From assembly GCF_004010195.1 (NCBI RefSeq), contig NC_057751.1, positions 13,213,659 through 13,277,658 of the forward strand: a stretch of DNA of 64,000 nt, read 5' to 3'. This stretch comes from Chiloscyllium plagiosum (taxonomy: Eukaryota). Every line of letters begins with the position of its first letter. The first letter of the stretch is position 1. The translations under genes were made by a program, and so were the position numbers. The notes under the pieces are model-generated. The model saw only the letters and a list, made by a program, of their open reading frames with translations. It was not told where the DNA came from and did not search any database. Shown here one piece after another: positions 63,271-64,000 of the stretch.

Positions 63271-64000
63271 ATAGTTTGGCAGGGGGATGGGAACTGGAGG
63301 TACAGATCAGAGGCTGGTGAACAGGCGGATACAGCGTGCAGAGAGTCTGTGAGGAAGGGCAGACAGTTGATCGGGCAAAGTTGCAGTCAATGCAATGGGT
63401 TGAAGTCTATCTACTTTAATGCAAGATGTGTCAGGAATAAAGGTGATAAACTTAGAACGTGGATCAGTACTTGGAGCTACAATGCTGTGGCCATTGCAGA
63501 GACTTGGATGTCACAGGGGCAGGAATGGTTGTTGGATGTTCCAAGGTTTAGATGTTTCAAAAGGAGTAGGGAGAGAGGTAAAAGCGGCAGGGGAATGGCA
63601 TTACTAACCAAGGATAGTATCACTGCTGCAGAAAGGGAGGTCATCAAGGAGGGTTGGTCTATTGAGTCAGTGTGGGTGGAAGTCAGAAATAGGAAAGGAC
63701 TAGTCACTTTATTGGGAATTTTCTATAGAGCCTCCCAATAGCAAAGAGACATGACAGGTCAGATTGGGAGGCAGATTTTGGAAAGGTGCAGAAGTAACAG
63801 AGTTTTGTCATGGTTAACTTCGACTAACCTAATATCGATCAAAACCTCCTTCGTGCAAATAGTTTGAATGGAGCAGATTTTGTCAGGTGTGTCCATGAAG
63901 GATTCCTGACTTAATGTGTAGATATGTTGACTGGAGGGGAAGCATTATTGGATTTGGTGCTTGGCAACAAACCAGATCAGGTGTCAAATCCCTCAGTGGG
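63271..64000 (+). mobile_element. CR1 LINE ORF2 endonuclease region, running off the window
   Basis: IYFNARCVRNK..AIAETW...GRGMALL...ESVWVEVRNRKG..TLLGIFYR. Confidence 0.88.

Noticed and set aside
1..64000. CRISPR arrays, rRNA genes or prokaryotic operons
   Set aside because: None seen; the window is vertebrate intron-exon DNA.

Overview
Eukaryotic DNA from a cartilaginous fish, inferred from the HE1-type V-SINEs and the repeat landscape; a carpet shark is plausible but unproven. The window holds the 3' half of a tet3 (methylcytosine dioxygenase) gene on the minus strand. Five coding exons are present (62495-62645, 49063-49152, 35615-35752, 33636-33975, 15572-17412). All have GT/AG junctions and compatible phases, and they encode the Cys-rich and DSBH catalytic domains. 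An almost repeat-free, putative ~9 kb 3' UTR follows. Introns and the downstream flank are packed with CR1/L2-like LINEs, a Rex1-like LINE, Penelope-like elements (PLEs), a decayed Gypsy element and several SINE families. The most interesting signals are: (i) three families of ~200-bp TSD-flanked hairpin elements carrying back-to-back minimal hammerhead-ribozyme motifs, with the same motif at the 3' ends of GIY-YIG-coding PLE fragments, and one copy inside the putative tet3 3' UTR; (ii) a ten-copy, ~22-aa Trp-anchored repeat in the TET3 low-complexity insert; (iii) a CCA-containing tRNA-Ser fragment bracketed by a 14-bp direct repeat at the end of an LTR-like sequence. All calls were made by eye and repeat boundaries are approximate.
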